From contig CAVNZM010000004.1 of assembly GCA_963693365.1 (NCBI GenBank), positions 10,878,468-10,942,467 of the forward strand: a DNA stretch of 64,000 bases, written 5' to 3'. Positions 35,815 to 50,765 of this stretch are shown one piece after another (position 1 is the stretch's first letter; every line of letters starts with the position of its first letter). The notes beneath the pieces were generated by a model. The model worked only from the letters and a program-made list of their open reading frames with translations. It searched no databases and was not told the DNA's origin. Made by a program: the position numbers and the translations under genes. The stretch comes from Amoebidium appalachense. Its lineage: Eukaryota > Protista > Ichthyosporea.

Positions 35815-36544
35815 CCTAAACAGTATCCAGAGGAATATCAAAGAAAGGGTTTTTCCGTTATCGTTTCAGTCACTACGGCGGCCTATGCTTTACTACAAGC
35901 GGACCTTCGGGGGGGCGAGCGATTCAAGGTTGGCGCTCGCAGAAACGTCCGAAGAACTCCAGGCCGCACATATGTGAAACGGGGGAGGGAAACCTAGACG
36001 GAGCAGTACACATTGGCGAAGGGAGAGCGAAAAACGCGCTGAGGCGGTGCGAACTATACAGCTCGCAAAAAGGATGAAGGGAAAGACGGAGAGAAAAAAC
36101 GATGATGGTCGAACAAGAGGGATGGCTGTGTGATGGAGTGGCACACGGCAGCAACGTGATTTTATATAAAAAAAAGAATATTGCAAAGCCGGATTTATGC
36201 TTTAAAATATCTTGTTACATCCTTTAAGCCAATAGATATACGGAGTTCATGCTACAAAGTCCACGTGAGTTTCGGACATTCCAGCGCGCTGCTATCGCAT
36301 GCGTCAGTGCCGCACACAGTTCTAGAGTCTCCGTCTACTCGGTGCACACTTGCGCTTTATTGCGGCCATTGCTGTCAAAAAAAACTTAAATGTAGTGAAT
36401 TATGTATTTCGTTTTCGAAATCATATGTAACTGCATTCATACGCTGTACTGTCTGCGGACTGTGTAAGTAAGTTCGTCCTCCCTGAAGAAGTCCGAGGAA
36501 CACGCCCCCATGCCTTTGCTCCGGCGGCGCAAGCTGATTGGTTA

Positions 36545-36880
36545 CATGACTAGTTCGTGGCCTTTTATTGGCTGGATGATCCGCCGGCGCCCATAAAACA
36601 GGTTTTTGTTCCGGCCCAACCCGCAAAAGTTTCGAGCTGGATATGGGTTGGGTTGGGCCAGACACTGACCTACCATATATGGCAGGTCTGTTTGCGCAAA
36701 CACCATATAAGAAGGGGGTTTTAGGAGGGGGTTTGGTCTCCTGGGGGTTGCTATATAGTGTGTGAGGGGGGGTCCCAGCCCAAACACCCCTAGCCCAACC
36801 TTTATGATTTCGGGCTGGGCTGAGTCAGCCCCAACCCGAATGCTTTTCGGGCTAGTCCGGGCTGGAGCCTGACTAGCTCC
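36545..36880. repeat. GGGCT/AGCCC-motif-rich segment, possible MITE remnant
   Basis: Multiple cccaaccc/gggttggg and agccc/gggct motifs in both orientations; ends not resolved. Confidence 0.4.
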
Positions 36881-39345
36881 ATCTACAGTAGGTCTGCAGC
36901 CTGGTGTGTGTGCTGCCTGCCACTTCAAGTACCGGTAACCCTGTATGTTGAGCTATGCATGCATGGCTAATGTCACCAAAGAAGCCCTGCGTGTCATAGT
37001 AGAAAGGCACGGTGCATTTCCAGAAAACACTGAGCCGAGTTTTCTATTGGGTTTTGTCTGTTGTGATGACGTATTGCATAATAAGTCCATGCCCTTTCCC
37101 CCCGGTCTCACTCTCTCCCCCGCCCCGCGGCCGCCTTTCACCCAGGCACACTTTCCTGAGGTTATGCACCCACAACCCGTGTACAGCCCACATTCACCCT
37201 CCCTTGCATCACTCTTCATATGCAAGCTACTGGTCAGGCCCAGCAGCACTTGCAGGCCTCCGCTTAGCCTACCGTTTGCACAAGTTACACAAAATCGCAC
37301 ATCTGGCGACCACGTGCACCTTGAAGGCTTGCAAATTGAACAATAGGCATATGTCTGTACGCGTAACTATCCAGTTGCCATGGTTCCAAAGTGCGGCCAT
37401 GATTGCCTTACGTGAATGTATGCTATGTTGGGCCCACACAAGTACTGTTATGTCCAACTCGGCTTCGAGAAGGCACAACAGCGGCATTTGGAAATTTCTT
37501 TACGGGCAAGGATGTGTCATTTCGCACACAGCCCTAGATCTGTCTCAGGTTATACGTTGTCCATATAGGTAGAGGCTGTACTATCTGCGGCCACTCTACT
37601 ATAGCTATTGCTCACGATCAGCAAGGCAGCTTTAGCATATGCTTCAATTTATGTTTACAGTCAGTACACAGCTACAGAGTCAACGACAGTTTATATCACA
37701 TAGCCAACAAGCGGGAATCAACGTGGATGCCGAGCCGCTACGAATAGGCATATACCTGCCTGCCGCGGCCGTGCACACAGTGGGTAAACCAAAACGTGCA
37801 CGTATGCAGCTGAGAAGGTTGCCGCACGTCACCGAAGCTCCTTGCCCTTTTCACGGCCCGGCGTCCTAGCTACTAATTAATCCTCCAACTGCAAAAGTAC
37901 ACGCCCAAAGTGTGTGTGGGGGGGGAAGGAGGTGGGGGGGGGGGGGGGGGGGGGGAGAGTGGGTTTGTATGTGTAGCACATGTGCTTTGTCTGGTGTATG
38001 TGCCGGGGTATGCGCGTCTGTTTGCGTTCGTCACCGTGAAGGTGCTGAACACAGTCTAGTGTGTGTGTGTGTATGTGTGTGTGCGTGTACCTGTCACACG
38101 GTGGTATGGTGAGCCTCGGAGTGGCCACTGAGATATACCTGCGTGCGTCTGTCAGCATGTTTGCCAGCAGACATGTGGTGCTATCAGGTCAACTCTGGAG
38201 GTTGCAAGCTTGGAAATGTGTGTATGGCTGCAGAGTTGAGTGTCCATGCAAGTTTGTGCGTCAACTTGAAAATGTACACGTGTGGAGCGCCCTAGGTGCG
38301 CATGTGTGCAAATTTGTGTATCAAATGTACACGTGTGCATTATTGCCCAGGTGTGTAAGTGTGTTCCCAGCTGCAACGTGCTCTGAGGGTTGTTATGCTG
38401 CAAGCTTATCGCCCAAGCGGCTGTGTAACTTTTCGTGGCCGCCAGGCGTTGAAATAGTGTAGTTTGTGTTCTTGCCCAATCCATGCGTGTGTGTCAGGTG
38501 CCTGCCAGATCGTGTCAGCTGCAGTGCAGTGCGTACGTGGGTGAGTGTCGGTGGGTGTGTGGGGACGCGCACACAAATCATTTGACACGCTCGGCTGGAT
38601 AGCCCCAACGAACTAAATATTATACAGCTAAAGACAGAACTCTGTGTTGGCCATGCAATAGCAATTCGCTTGGATGCAACGGCACATGTTGTTTCCATGA
38701 ACGGTTACCCTAAATACACCATGGCAGGTTCTGACGTTCTGACCATACCCTCCCGTCGCCGTAAGACAAAGCCCACTACTCTACTTTTCAGGGCTAATAA
38801 TCGGCGGCCGCGGGAGAAGACACTGCCCTTGAAAAATAAGAGCAACTCAAAAAGGTAACAGTACATACTTCCTTCTTGCCAGGGCACATCTTGAGTAGCG
38901 CCTCAGGCTGAGTGCGCACTCTTGCTTGCTGAAGAAGCAGGAGGGGGCAAGGTGTGGCAAAAGAGTTGAATTGAATCGAAGCAATTTACAATCGATTAAC
39001 TAGCTACTGCGGTACTCAGTATATGTGCGTAGAAAGCTATTCATTCCGCTGTTTCTTGAGAAAACTCGCACAGCCAGGCCACTGAGCTGCTACCAAGGCC
39101 TCCTATATACTAACAATAGGAGGCATTGGCTGCTACTGTACTTACACTTACACTTTATTTTTTTTTTTTGTAGTGACCTCCGGACCCAGCCTCCAGGAAG
39201 CGCATGTCCGGCATGCCTACATGTATGTATGCTACCGTGACCATCACGTGACTCGATGATCAGCCTGGCAGGCGCCTGTACACGCACTGGGCCCGGGCGT
39301 TTGGTGGAGACAACTACACAGCTGACATAGACCTCTTTTACACAC

Positions 39346-39420
39346 ATGTATACAATTCTGTTACTTACAGTATATTTACGTATGTCACCGAAGTACAGGG
39401 ACGGACAGAATTGTATACAT
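39346..39420. repeat. Perfect 16-bp inverted repeat with an approximately 43-bp spacer
   Basis: atgtatacaattctgt ... acagaattgtatacat. Confidence 0.8.
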
Positions 39421-40677
39421 CATTGAACAAAGTTGCCCTGCCGGATCCGGATCAATCCGGGCCACTTGGACCCTTGTTGGTCCGACTCCGATCTGACATC
39501 TGCAGCTATGGGATAAACAATGGCCAATAGAAAACCGTTAGTTTATGCGGGCACTTGTTCTTACTGATATAAAGCCAATGAACAAGCGACACCAAACCAC
39601 ATTTGGATTCACAAACAAGAGCGCTGTTGACCGTTGAGCATGGCTCCCCCAGCCTCTGCAAAGAGGGTCGCCTCAAGAAATTTCTCCAAAGCTCCGAATC
39701 AAAGAAAGGTTATTTTAGAAGACAATTGACTAGGATTTGTATTAAAAAAACAGCTGGTGACATGATGACGGGGTTACCCCACCATAACTATTAATACTCG
39801 CGGAGAGCAATTTCTGATTGGCGTTGAGCACAAGGACCGATATCGATCGATGGCCCAAATTTGAGTCCCCCTGCACGAGTCACGACCCGTGTTGAAATGA
39901 TGTACATGGTATGTGCCTTTTAGTCACTCACAAATTTGTTTAACGTATCTTGGTAATTGCTACAGGAAAGGCGTCATGGTTAGATTTATTAGCTAGGATT
40001 TGAATATCATAGATTCCTTTTGAGCAAATAGGCCTAACGGCAGGGCCTGTATAAGTTTCATATATTGGATGCCATTTTCTAATTGGGTTTCCATAAGATC
40101 CCTGGAATGTTAGCATTCACTACATTTTAAAGCATGATTTGGGTGCCATTTATATTTTAGCTCCTCCGCATTTAGTACTTCTTGTGACTATGACCGCGAT
40201 CAAACGTTCCTCTGAATATTTGTTGTCCTTGTCCGATGATAGCTTATCGTCTACAATACATGGAACGTGAACGCCTAGGATAGCTTGACATCAAAGAAAG
40301 AGTTGTGCGTTGACATTCTCTTACCAAAATTCGCATTATTTAATGCGACGTAGTGAAGCAAGATGGGGTGATCACCTTGCAACAGTCGACAAGCTTTAAA
40401 AAACGTTAAACTAAACTTGAATTTGGCATTTTGCCGCAATCTCTCCACCACAGTAAGACAAAACTGTCCACTCCATGCCGAAGTCATCACAGTCCACCAC
40501 ACTGTTTGTTTTTTTTCCACTGTAAGTTTGTGTGGTCAGAAAACGGGTCGCCGCCTGTACTTACCCCACCTCTTAGAAAACAATAGGGGCCTGTAACTTA
40601 CTTCAAAAAGGTGTGTGGCTATTTCCTGGTGCTACACAGAGTGATCCGTATGCTGCTTATGCATCCTTTTTCCCGAA

Positions 40678-40716
<39 letters not shown>

Positions 40717-41027
40717 TCTAGTGGGTGTTGGCAGTTCTCAGGAGTGGAGTGTCAGGAGGACGGATTTCTTTTCCTGCACACTGCAAGTATGCGTGCACGT
40801 GGTTTATAGCAGCCATAAGCCAGGCCCCCAGCCGGAGTACAATGGCTTGTAAGCACATATGACGAAGTAACATCCCCATGTGCAAGCTACCCACTTGGCA
40901 GCAACGCACTTTGCCCTCTCCCTTGCCCTACCTCTCGCTGCTGCATCAGGGCAAGTTCCTCCACCTAATCCTCTACAAAAAGTAAACTATTAGCAGGCCA
41001 CTCATTATGATTTGCTCTCAGCGCAGA

Positions 41028-42052
41028 ATGGCGCGCACCCCAATGCTAGGGGCCGCGCTGGCCGCCTGTCTTGCCGGGGCAGCCGCTAAAAGCGACTATG
41101 TCACGGCCAAGCTGGAGGGCCACGGCGCCACGGGCTATGTCAAGGTTCACGGCCAACAGGTAGGCTCCGTGTTTTTTTTTAAAAAAAAAAGGGCTTAATA
41201 GGTGTATAACTGCGTGCATGGAAGGAAGGCTAGCAATTGTTCTCGAAGGATGCGGAAAGAACTAGACTCTTCCGAGTAGTCAAAGCCACAGAGGCCGGCA
41301 TGCTCTAGATCTCAATTCTTTCAGTCTACCCCTACTTGTGTGACCCACCCTATATATGCTTCTCTCTCGATTGCTTGCAGCCCCGAGGACCGTACCAGGT
41401 TGCTCTCCCTTTTTCACTATGCAAGAGACGCTTGTGGCACCGTGCACAACTACCTAATACCGTACCTACTTGCTCTTTCTGTCCACCCCTCCATCTCTTA
41501 ACTGGTTGCGAAGTTTCACGTATTGTGGACATCTTACTAAGCCCCCCCCGGAGCTCCATTTCTGCCTTCATTCTCGATCCCTGCCTTGATGCCAAAAGTT
41601 CTCCGTGCACATCTTTCGTAATTCGTCCCTCCCCCCCCCCCCCCCCCCCCCCCCCCACCCCCACCCCCCTCCTCCCCTCACAACCACCACCAAAACACAC
41701 AAACACCTCCCCCTCTCCCCTGATTCTTCCTCTCCAGTGACCCACTCGACTTTGGTCGTAAGCAGCCCCCTCTCCCTCCCCCCTCCCCTCCCCCCAAACA
41801 CACCCACACACACAGCTCACACCCACATACACACAGGAGGAGGTGCGCTTATGTGTTGCATTGTATGTGCAGCTTAGCTCTGCTCTTCCTTTCCCCCCTC
41901 TCCCCTTCCCCCCTCCTCCCCGTCTGCCTACCTCTGGACACCAACGTCCGCTCTGGCACCCTATCGTGTTTTCTGCTGTGTACCACACAGCCCCACAAAC
42001 ACGCACGCACGCACATACGTACCCATAGACACAAGCACAAACACCAAACTAC

Positions 42053-42101
<49 letters not shown>

Positions 42102-42692
42102 GACTAACCTCTCTCCCCACACACCCATAGCTGGAGGTCAACCTTGACTTCAGTAAACTGGACGATAAGGCGCCCAAAGAACTCCAAGACTGCTTGAAGG
42201 GCGGTCACCAACTGTCCATCAACACAATGTGGAAACCAAGGTCAGACCAAGCATCCAGCACAAGCGGAATTGGGACTGATCAGTGTGCAGAGGCAAACCT
42301 CGGGAAACACTATGACCCCACCCTTGCTTGCTCTCCAAACAGCGGAAATCAATTCTGTCAACAGGGGGGGGCGTCAAATAAGGAAAAGTGTGTTTCGGGG
42401 AGCAGCGCGGGATTCACGAGCTATCAGTGCTCGCAGAGTCTGTATAAGAAGAACCCGTGGGTGTGCGAGGTTGGAGACCTTTCTGGGAAAATCAGCGCGA
42501 TTGATTTGGGGCGTGACAAGAAATTCAGCAGAAATTTCACGGACAGGTGAGTGTGTGTGTGTGTGGTTGCATGGCTGAATCATAAAGTGGAGGTGGTAGG
42601 GGAGGGGAGGGGTGAGGAGGGGCTGCATTGTAGCAGAGACATGTGGGGTGAGTTTTATGGCGCACGCACACACACACACTCCCATTCTCGTT

Positions 42693-42737
<45 letters not shown>

Positions 42738-44251
42738 CTCTCGCTCTCTCGCTCCCTCCCTCCCTTCCTCCGTCACAAGATTTCCCCCCCCTGTGTGCTA
42801 ATATAAGTTCGCGCATAAATTTGTAAAAAAAACCACTTATACATGCAGACACACACACATACACACACGTGGTCTGCATGACATTCACACACAGACACGT
42901 AGCCACCCGTAGTGACACGCCGCCGCTGCCGCCATTCATCCGTGCACGCAAACACAAACACGCTCTTTCCACATTTTACATAACATTGCAGACGTTCCCA
43001 CCCCCAATCCCACCCACCCTCTGGCCCCACGCACCACCATAGATACATGCCTACATGTGTGCGCACAAGCACAAAACACATTCTTTTACACTCCATTTGT
43101 ATGGTATAACCGATGTCTCACCACCCACTCCCTCCTTCCCTCCCTCCCTCCCTCCCTCCCTCCCTCCCTCCCCCCCTCCCTTCCTCGCGCACCCCACAGA
43201 TACATGCCGCCTGTGAAGGTTCTTAAGGGCATGAGTGTTGTTCTTAACTGCGGATCACCGGCCCTGTGTGGTGAGCTCCAATCAGGCGTGTCGACAGATG
43301 ATGCCCCCATGTGGACTGACCCCGTCAGCAAGGTTTCGGGACACTTGGTTGCTGAATTTGCCGACGGCGTGTACGGAAAGATCACCCTCAACACTGACTC
43401 CACGGTAAGTTTTTTTTGTTTGTTTGTTTTACTGGGAGAGATGAATGTGACCCCTCCCCCCCCTGTGTGTGTGTGTGTGTGTGTGTATGTGTGGGAGCTT
43501 TGTGTGTGCATGCATTCCCTTTCCTACTTGTGCACATATGTGTGTGCTTGTAGGTGTGCACATGTATGTGTGAGTGTGAGCAGGTTGGGTGTGTGTTCTC
43601 ACGTTCATAAGCATGACAAAAATCTTCCGTCACTGACACGAAAACGGATCGCAGATCGACGTCGATCTCGATCTGAGCAAACTCGATCGCGCCAAGCTAC
43701 CCCAGGGTGGTGAGGCATGCCTAAAGGACGGCATTCATTGGTCACTTCGTGAGAGATGGACACTAGCCAATGACAGCCACTTCCAAGATGCATGCTGGAT
43801 CGAAAAGACGGGCAGGCATTTTGACCCCACACTTGCATGTGGTCCTTTCAGTGCCAACACACTGTGCAAGAACAATGCTGGTAAGACCCCCCTCCCCCCC
43901 CCCCCCTCCCACCCACCCACACACACACTCACACACACACGAACACGAACACACCACCATCACCATCACCGCCACGACCACCACATACACAGATGTGCGC
44001 ACACACCCACTTCCTGCACAGATATTAGCAGACTCATGGAGATATGTGGTGTTTTTGAAATATTCAATCGTTTGTGTGTGCAGTGTGTGTCATGTACACC
44101 GGGGTTGCATGCGTAAGCTCAAAGGCAAACGAGCATGGATGCGCAAAGAAACACGTCATTAGCGTTGGATGCATGCACACAAACACTCTCTTGCGCACAT
44201 TCACACACGACACACAAAGCACGCGCACGCACTCATACGCATGTGCGCGCG

Positions 44252-44341
<90 letters not shown>

Positions 44342-44892
44342 CACACAAACGTACACAAATGCACACAAACCCAAACACACTTGCATTCACTCGTTCACTC
44401 ACAAACATCGTTTTTGTGCCACGCACAAGCATACCCACACCACAACCTCCCCATCAAAATAAAACTCGCACCTTCCGCTCACCTTTTCCTCTCTCTCTAT
44501 CTACAGGGTGTGTCCCAAGCAGTTCAGCAACCGGAGCAACCAAGTACATGTGCACAGACACTGATTTCGAGGCCAACCCATACACGTGCGAGTCGGGAGA
44601 CCTCAGCGGCAGGCACGGCAAAATGGCTGTGGACACCAAGACGTGGATGGTTAAAGACAAAGTGACAGACTGGTACCTAAGTCCTTTAAGCGCACTCCAC
44701 AACAAGAGCATTGTGCTGACCTGTGGCAATGGGGAGAATATTCCTATTGCATGCGCACGCCTCAAGGAAGGTAAGGGCCCACCTCCCTTCCCACCACCAC
44801 CACGACCACCCTCTTCCCCCCCCCCCCCCCCCCCAACCCCTATGGCCCACCCCTAAGGTTGGTGGCTGTATTGTTCTTATTCGATCGGCATC

Positions 44893-44940
<48 letters not shown>

Positions 44941-45669
44941 ACACACAGACACGCCTCTCCCCTCTCCCTTTGCAATCCCCGTCAAGAGTAAACTTGTACA
45001 AATGAACTATTTTTCTCAAGGAAAGACACATCAAGACCATCTTCTCTCAAGCATTGCCACACGTTTAGTCTGTTTTGTCTCCATACATGAACTCAGCAGT
45101 GGGTCAGAAAACCTTTATTTTACGTGGCACGGCCTAATCTTTTCCCAAATTTCAATCAGTATGCGGTGATCTGTGCGACACGTGCTCTACCCCGGACCAG
45201 TGCTCCAAGTGCAAGGATTCAGCCAATCACGTGCTTGTGGAGGGCACGTGCCAGTGCAAGAGTGACTTTTACTATGATGGCACCACCTGCAAACGTGAGT
45301 GCACACGGCCGTGTGTGTGTGTATGTGTGTGTTTGTGAATGCACGTGTGTGCGTGCGTGTGTGTGTGTGTGTGTGCATGTTGTGTGTGTACGTGTGTGTT
45401 TGTGTGTGTGCGTGTGTGGATGTCACATTGTGTCTGCATATGTTTGGTGTCAACGTGCTCGTGGACAATTTATATGCACGTGCATGTTTGTGTGCTCGTG
45501 TGCCCTCACACACACGTACTTGCATGCATGTGTTTGTGTGTGTGCTGGGTCTTTGCGTGAATAAGCGAGGTTACTTCTGTGCAAGCTTTGTGTTTAACAA
45601 GCTGACCAGTCTATTTGTATGTACACAAACACGCGCGCACACACACACAAACACGCATGCGCGCGCGCG

Positions 45670-45710
<41 letters not shown>

Positions 45711-46536
45711 CATACAGCAATTGTCCCGCCGGCATGTACGCTGACATCAGCAGCCCTGTCAGAGATGCCGTGTGCAGAAGTAACCCCCCCCCCCCCCCCC
45801 CAAAAAAAAAAATAAAAATAAATAAATAAGAAATAAGAATAAATAAAATAAAATAAAAATTGAAATAAAAATAAAAGTATCGTCCTAGTAGAACACACTT
45901 TCCTACGAGTTTTTCTAGATGTTATCACCGGACACATGCATACATTTTGGTTCATTCACACGAGAACCTAGCCACGGGATGTCCAAACCACCCCTTCTCC
46001 ACCCTTGATATTGCTTGTCAACATGTATCTGGCCAAAATTGCACGTTGAAGTACGGATTCTTTTCTTTTCCTTAGCCAGTGTTTTGGATCACCTCTTTTT
46101 TCTCTCTAACTTCATGTGGTACGACAGATACATTGGCTAGCATCACCTCTTTCCTCTCTAACTTCATGTGTGTGACAGATACATCGGCTAGCTTCACCTC
46201 TTTCCTCTCTAACTTCATGTGATATGACAGATTGCTCTGCTGGCTGCAGCAAATGTGATATGGACGAGTGCTTGGAGTGTGCCGATGGGTTCAATCTGCA
46301 TGCCGGGGACTGCGAGTGCCCCACGGGGAAGGATCTGGTGAACGGCACGTGTGTTGGTACGTGTACTTGAGTGTGCATGTGTGTACGTGTGTTTGTCCGT
46401 GTGTGCGCATGTGGATGTGCCCACGCTTGTGTGCGTATTTCTTTAAGAAGGGGTTTGGATGTGTACATCCGTGTTTTCATGTTCCAACTTGTGCATTACC
46501 CTGTGTACGGCACTCTGACTCTTCTTCCGGGTACCT

Positions 46537-46589
<53 letters not shown>

Positions 46590-47698
46590 GCCGCCGCTGT
46601 AGCAGGTGCCTCTGCCTCTGCCTCTGCCAACTCCACTGGGTCTGCCAGTGTCAGCCCCACCCCCACCTCATCCTCGGTAGCGGCAAATTCCTCGGTAGTT
46701 TCAACCCCCACCTCATCCTCCGTCAGTTCAACCCCTACCTCAACCTCGGTAGCGTCCAATTCCTCGGTTAGTCCTACCCCTACCTCGACACCAAGCGCAT
46801 CCGTGACCCCAACCCCCACCACCAAGGGTGATAGCGCAAAGCCCACGACCGAATTCCTTCTTGCTATGTTCAACCAATCAAACAACCCGGTTCAGGGCTA
46901 TTTTAAGGTAATCGATAACGAGATTCAGATCAAGTGGGACTTCTCCAAGACGAAGAGTGCAAAGGATGACGATCCATTGGCTAAGTGCACCACCGATCCG
47001 ATCAGTTATTGGATCGGCACAAACTGGGGCACGGAGGATGACTTCCTCGTTGGCAACAAGTATGTTACCTCCCTCCTCCCCCCCTTCCCCCCCCCCCCCC
47101 AACCACCACCACCAAAAAAAAAAAAAAAAAAAAAAAATACACAAACAAATGCACACACACAAAAAAGGAAGTCTATCTTTGTTTTGTGTTTGGATGCTGA
47201 CTTCGTGTTGAGATACTATGCAGGCATATTTCATGCAGACGGGATGATATGATGTGGGCATTGTATTTTTTGCGTGTGTGTGCGTCACTCTGTACATAAC
47301 CCCCCCCCCCCCCAATCACCCATCCTCATTCTAATCACACCCGCTTTCCAGGTGTGAGGGACTTCAGATCGGCAACCGCTGGGACACCATGGGGTCGTGC
47401 AGCAAGGACAGCGACCACACATACTGCGAGGAGTGCATCACAAAGGGCCCCAATTTCCCTTCAACTTACGCTTGCAACCCCGTCTCTTACCAGGAAAATC
47501 CCTACCGTTGCGATGTAAGAACCCCCCCCCCCCCCCCCCCCCCCGGATCCCCCTCCCTTCTGTCCTCGACACACCCAAAAGGCGAAATGGTGACCTGTAG
47601 AGCAGTTTTTTCCCTCATGAAAACCCGGATGATTCTTAACCCACCCACCTTTCCCATTTATCCACCCAACACATGAACTCCCCCCCCCCCTCCCCACC

Positions 47699-47732
<34 letters not shown>

Positions 47733-48059
47733 ACAAAGATGCACACCACAACTACCACCCATCACCACATAATCAAGTTGATCTTGAACTAGTCACTAAA
47801 CAAACCTCCATGATCTAACCACACATCGCCCACCAGACGGGAGACCTATCCGGTAAATTCGGAGACCTGACAGTAGCCAAGGAAAACTCCACTGTTGTGG
47901 CCACCCACTACGACCGCTGGCTTCCCCCCCTCACCCGTCTCACTGGATCATCCCTCGTTATTATGTGCGGTGGTAAAACCGCACTGTGCGCACGCATCGA
48001 CCGCACAACGGATGCCGCTGTTGGTATAGAACTCCCCCCCCCCCCCCCCCCCCTCCCCA

Positions 48060-48102
<43 letters not shown>

Positions 48103-48363
48103 CCACCACCACCACCACCACCACTTTTCACCCTCTCCACACGGCACGAACAAATGCAAACACACGCCTGAACACAGACTCAGTTGCATACTTGGTACTG
48201 TTATACTTGCAAGGCATTCCTACATCTTCTTTTGGAGGTGTGTGTTCCCTCCTAATGTGTAACTTGACGAGATGTGTGTTCGCTCGTAATGTGTAACTTG
48301 ACGAGAAAACACACATGTGTTATTGTGCAATCGAAATCGAATGACCTAATCTCAATGCATCTA

Positions 48364-48441
<78 letters not shown>

Positions 48442-50196
48442 AGCCAAGCCCGATGAGCACAAGGGCAACCGTCAGCGGAGGGACGTGGTTGCCGGGGCCC
48501 TGCAGGCGAAAATCAACACCGACGGCATTAAGGGCACGGTCAATCTGGACGGTGAGGATGTAAGTAGCCTCATTCGGAAATTAACATGACCATATATGGT
48601 TCTACGTGTATGGGTAGTGCATCTGGAGGAAATATTATGCACTTTTGCGTTGTTAACTCCAATAAATCCAATAATATACATGTTCAAATCCCAAAGCAAT
48701 CAGTATTTGCGAATGTTGGGGCAGGGTGTGAGTTTCATAACCTTTATAGCACAAAAGAAGTTTGTTAGTTGTGCAATATTGTCAAATAAAAATCAATTAA
48801 ATTTAGAAAAAATCAGAATTCTCGCCACCTGACACGTATCCAATCACAGTTGACTGTCGAAATCGACGCCAGCGGCAGCAAGCAGGCTCTCCCCCAGGAG
48901 TGCAAAGAGCACGGGCTGTGGTGGGTCATTTTGGACCAGTGGACAGCCAATGGAAACAGCGCGCATGGGAATAGCACGTGCTCCAAGCAGTCTGGAATGA
49001 TCTATGACCCTTCAAACGCATGCGGGCCCAACACGGCAAACACCATCTGCCAATCATATCCCGGAAAGAAGAATTCCAACGAGGGGTGTCTTCCCGGCTC
49101 GACGGGTTCTCTTAAGACGGAGTACACGTGCTCTGTTGATGATTATAAGGAAACACCGTTTGCATGCATGGCGGGTGATATGTCCGGTAAATTTGGCCGT
49201 ATCGCTTTGGGTGATGACGGGAAAAACTTCAAATTCACAGCCACCGACCAATATCTTCCCCCCATGCCGCTTCTTGAGGGTAAGGGGGTGATTTTCGGCT
49301 GTGGGCAAGGGAAGGATGAACTTGTGTTCTGCAGCAAACTTGTGAGGTCGGCGAGCGTGGAGGCACCTGGGTCGACACCCGCCTCATCTTCCAGCCCTGA
49401 TAAGAATGGTAATTACTGTGTGCATGCACTTTTTTTTTTTTTTTTTTGGTTTCGTTATGGGTTTTGTAAGGCAATTTGAGTGTGCTAAAAGGGAAGAAAG
49501 GGGGAGTGTAGGCCAGCCCACCCTCACCCCCAACCCGTTGCTTGATCACTGTGTGGCACTTTTTTCTTATGGTTTAACCTCTGGGTTGGCACTAATTGAT
49601 TTGGCCGGCGGCCGGCCAGCTGTAAACAGCTCTAAACAACTCTATTGCGCCTCAAAATCGATAGAAAAAGCTCAAATAAATTGTAAATATCGGCACGTAT
49701 ATGTCTTACCTACATGTATGTCTTACCTACATACTTGCCTAAGTTGGTTTGGGGAAAATACCATTATCTCGTACACTTTTGTGTGTTTCTGTGTTTCTGA
49801 AGTAACTATCTAGAGAAATTTGCCGGTCCGAACAGGTTAATCGATGACAACGAATTTTTCTAACCCCATGGATCTATCATCAGCCCACCACTGACTCTCT
49901 CTCGCTCCCCCCCCCCCCCCCCCCCCCCCCCAACATTCGAAACGACATGCAGGTAATTGCCAGCAGGGTCAGTTCAAGAATGGTACCACCTGCGAACGTA
50001 AGATCCCCCCCCCCCCTTCTCCGCTGTTCCCCTCTTTGATTCGTTTTCACATGCTACACACGAAAACACTCACCCACACAACCAAAAACACAATGTACGC
50101 CCAGGACCCACGCCTTCACCTGTTGGCTGGCACACACACATGCGTGCACACACGCATACATAAATGTGTGTGCACACACCAACCTAGGTTCTTGGA

Positions 50197-50266
<70 letters not shown>

Positions 50267-50732
50267 TGACTAACCCTGTTTTCTTCCTCTCCCTCAGCAT
50301 GCGGCTACCAATGTCTGGAGTGCAAGGACACAACTGCGTGCCTCAAGTGCAGTGACACATACAACGCACAGAACAAGTCCAACGAGTGCGCCTGCCCGCA
50401 TGGCATGCTTGACTCCGGCACCCAGTGCGAAAAACACACGGAAAATTCGACCAACACCAACTCTGATGGGGTTGCCGATGAGGATACTTTGTCTGCTGTC
50501 GGGGACGATATTGACTCACTGTACGGAATTATCATGGACGGTCAGCCCGGGTTTGTGCGTCTTTTGAGTGCAACGGCTGGCGACGCCAATGGTTTTACCG
50601 TTCAGATGTATCTGAATTTCAGCCAGGGTGATGATAATGTGTCGAAGAAATTGGCAAAGTGTGCCGACGGACCAATTTACTGGGGTCTATATGACAAGTG
50701 GGATCACAACGACTACAACTACCAGGTATAGG

Positions 50733-50765
<33 letters not shown>

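Noticed and set aside
36945-38860. ORFs of 60-186 aa on both strands
   Set aside because: No recognisable motifs and no consistent splice structure.
39950-40520. Possible decayed kinase or transposase (DFG-like VDCDDFG)
   Set aside because: An isolated tripeptide match with frequent stops and no supporting motifs.
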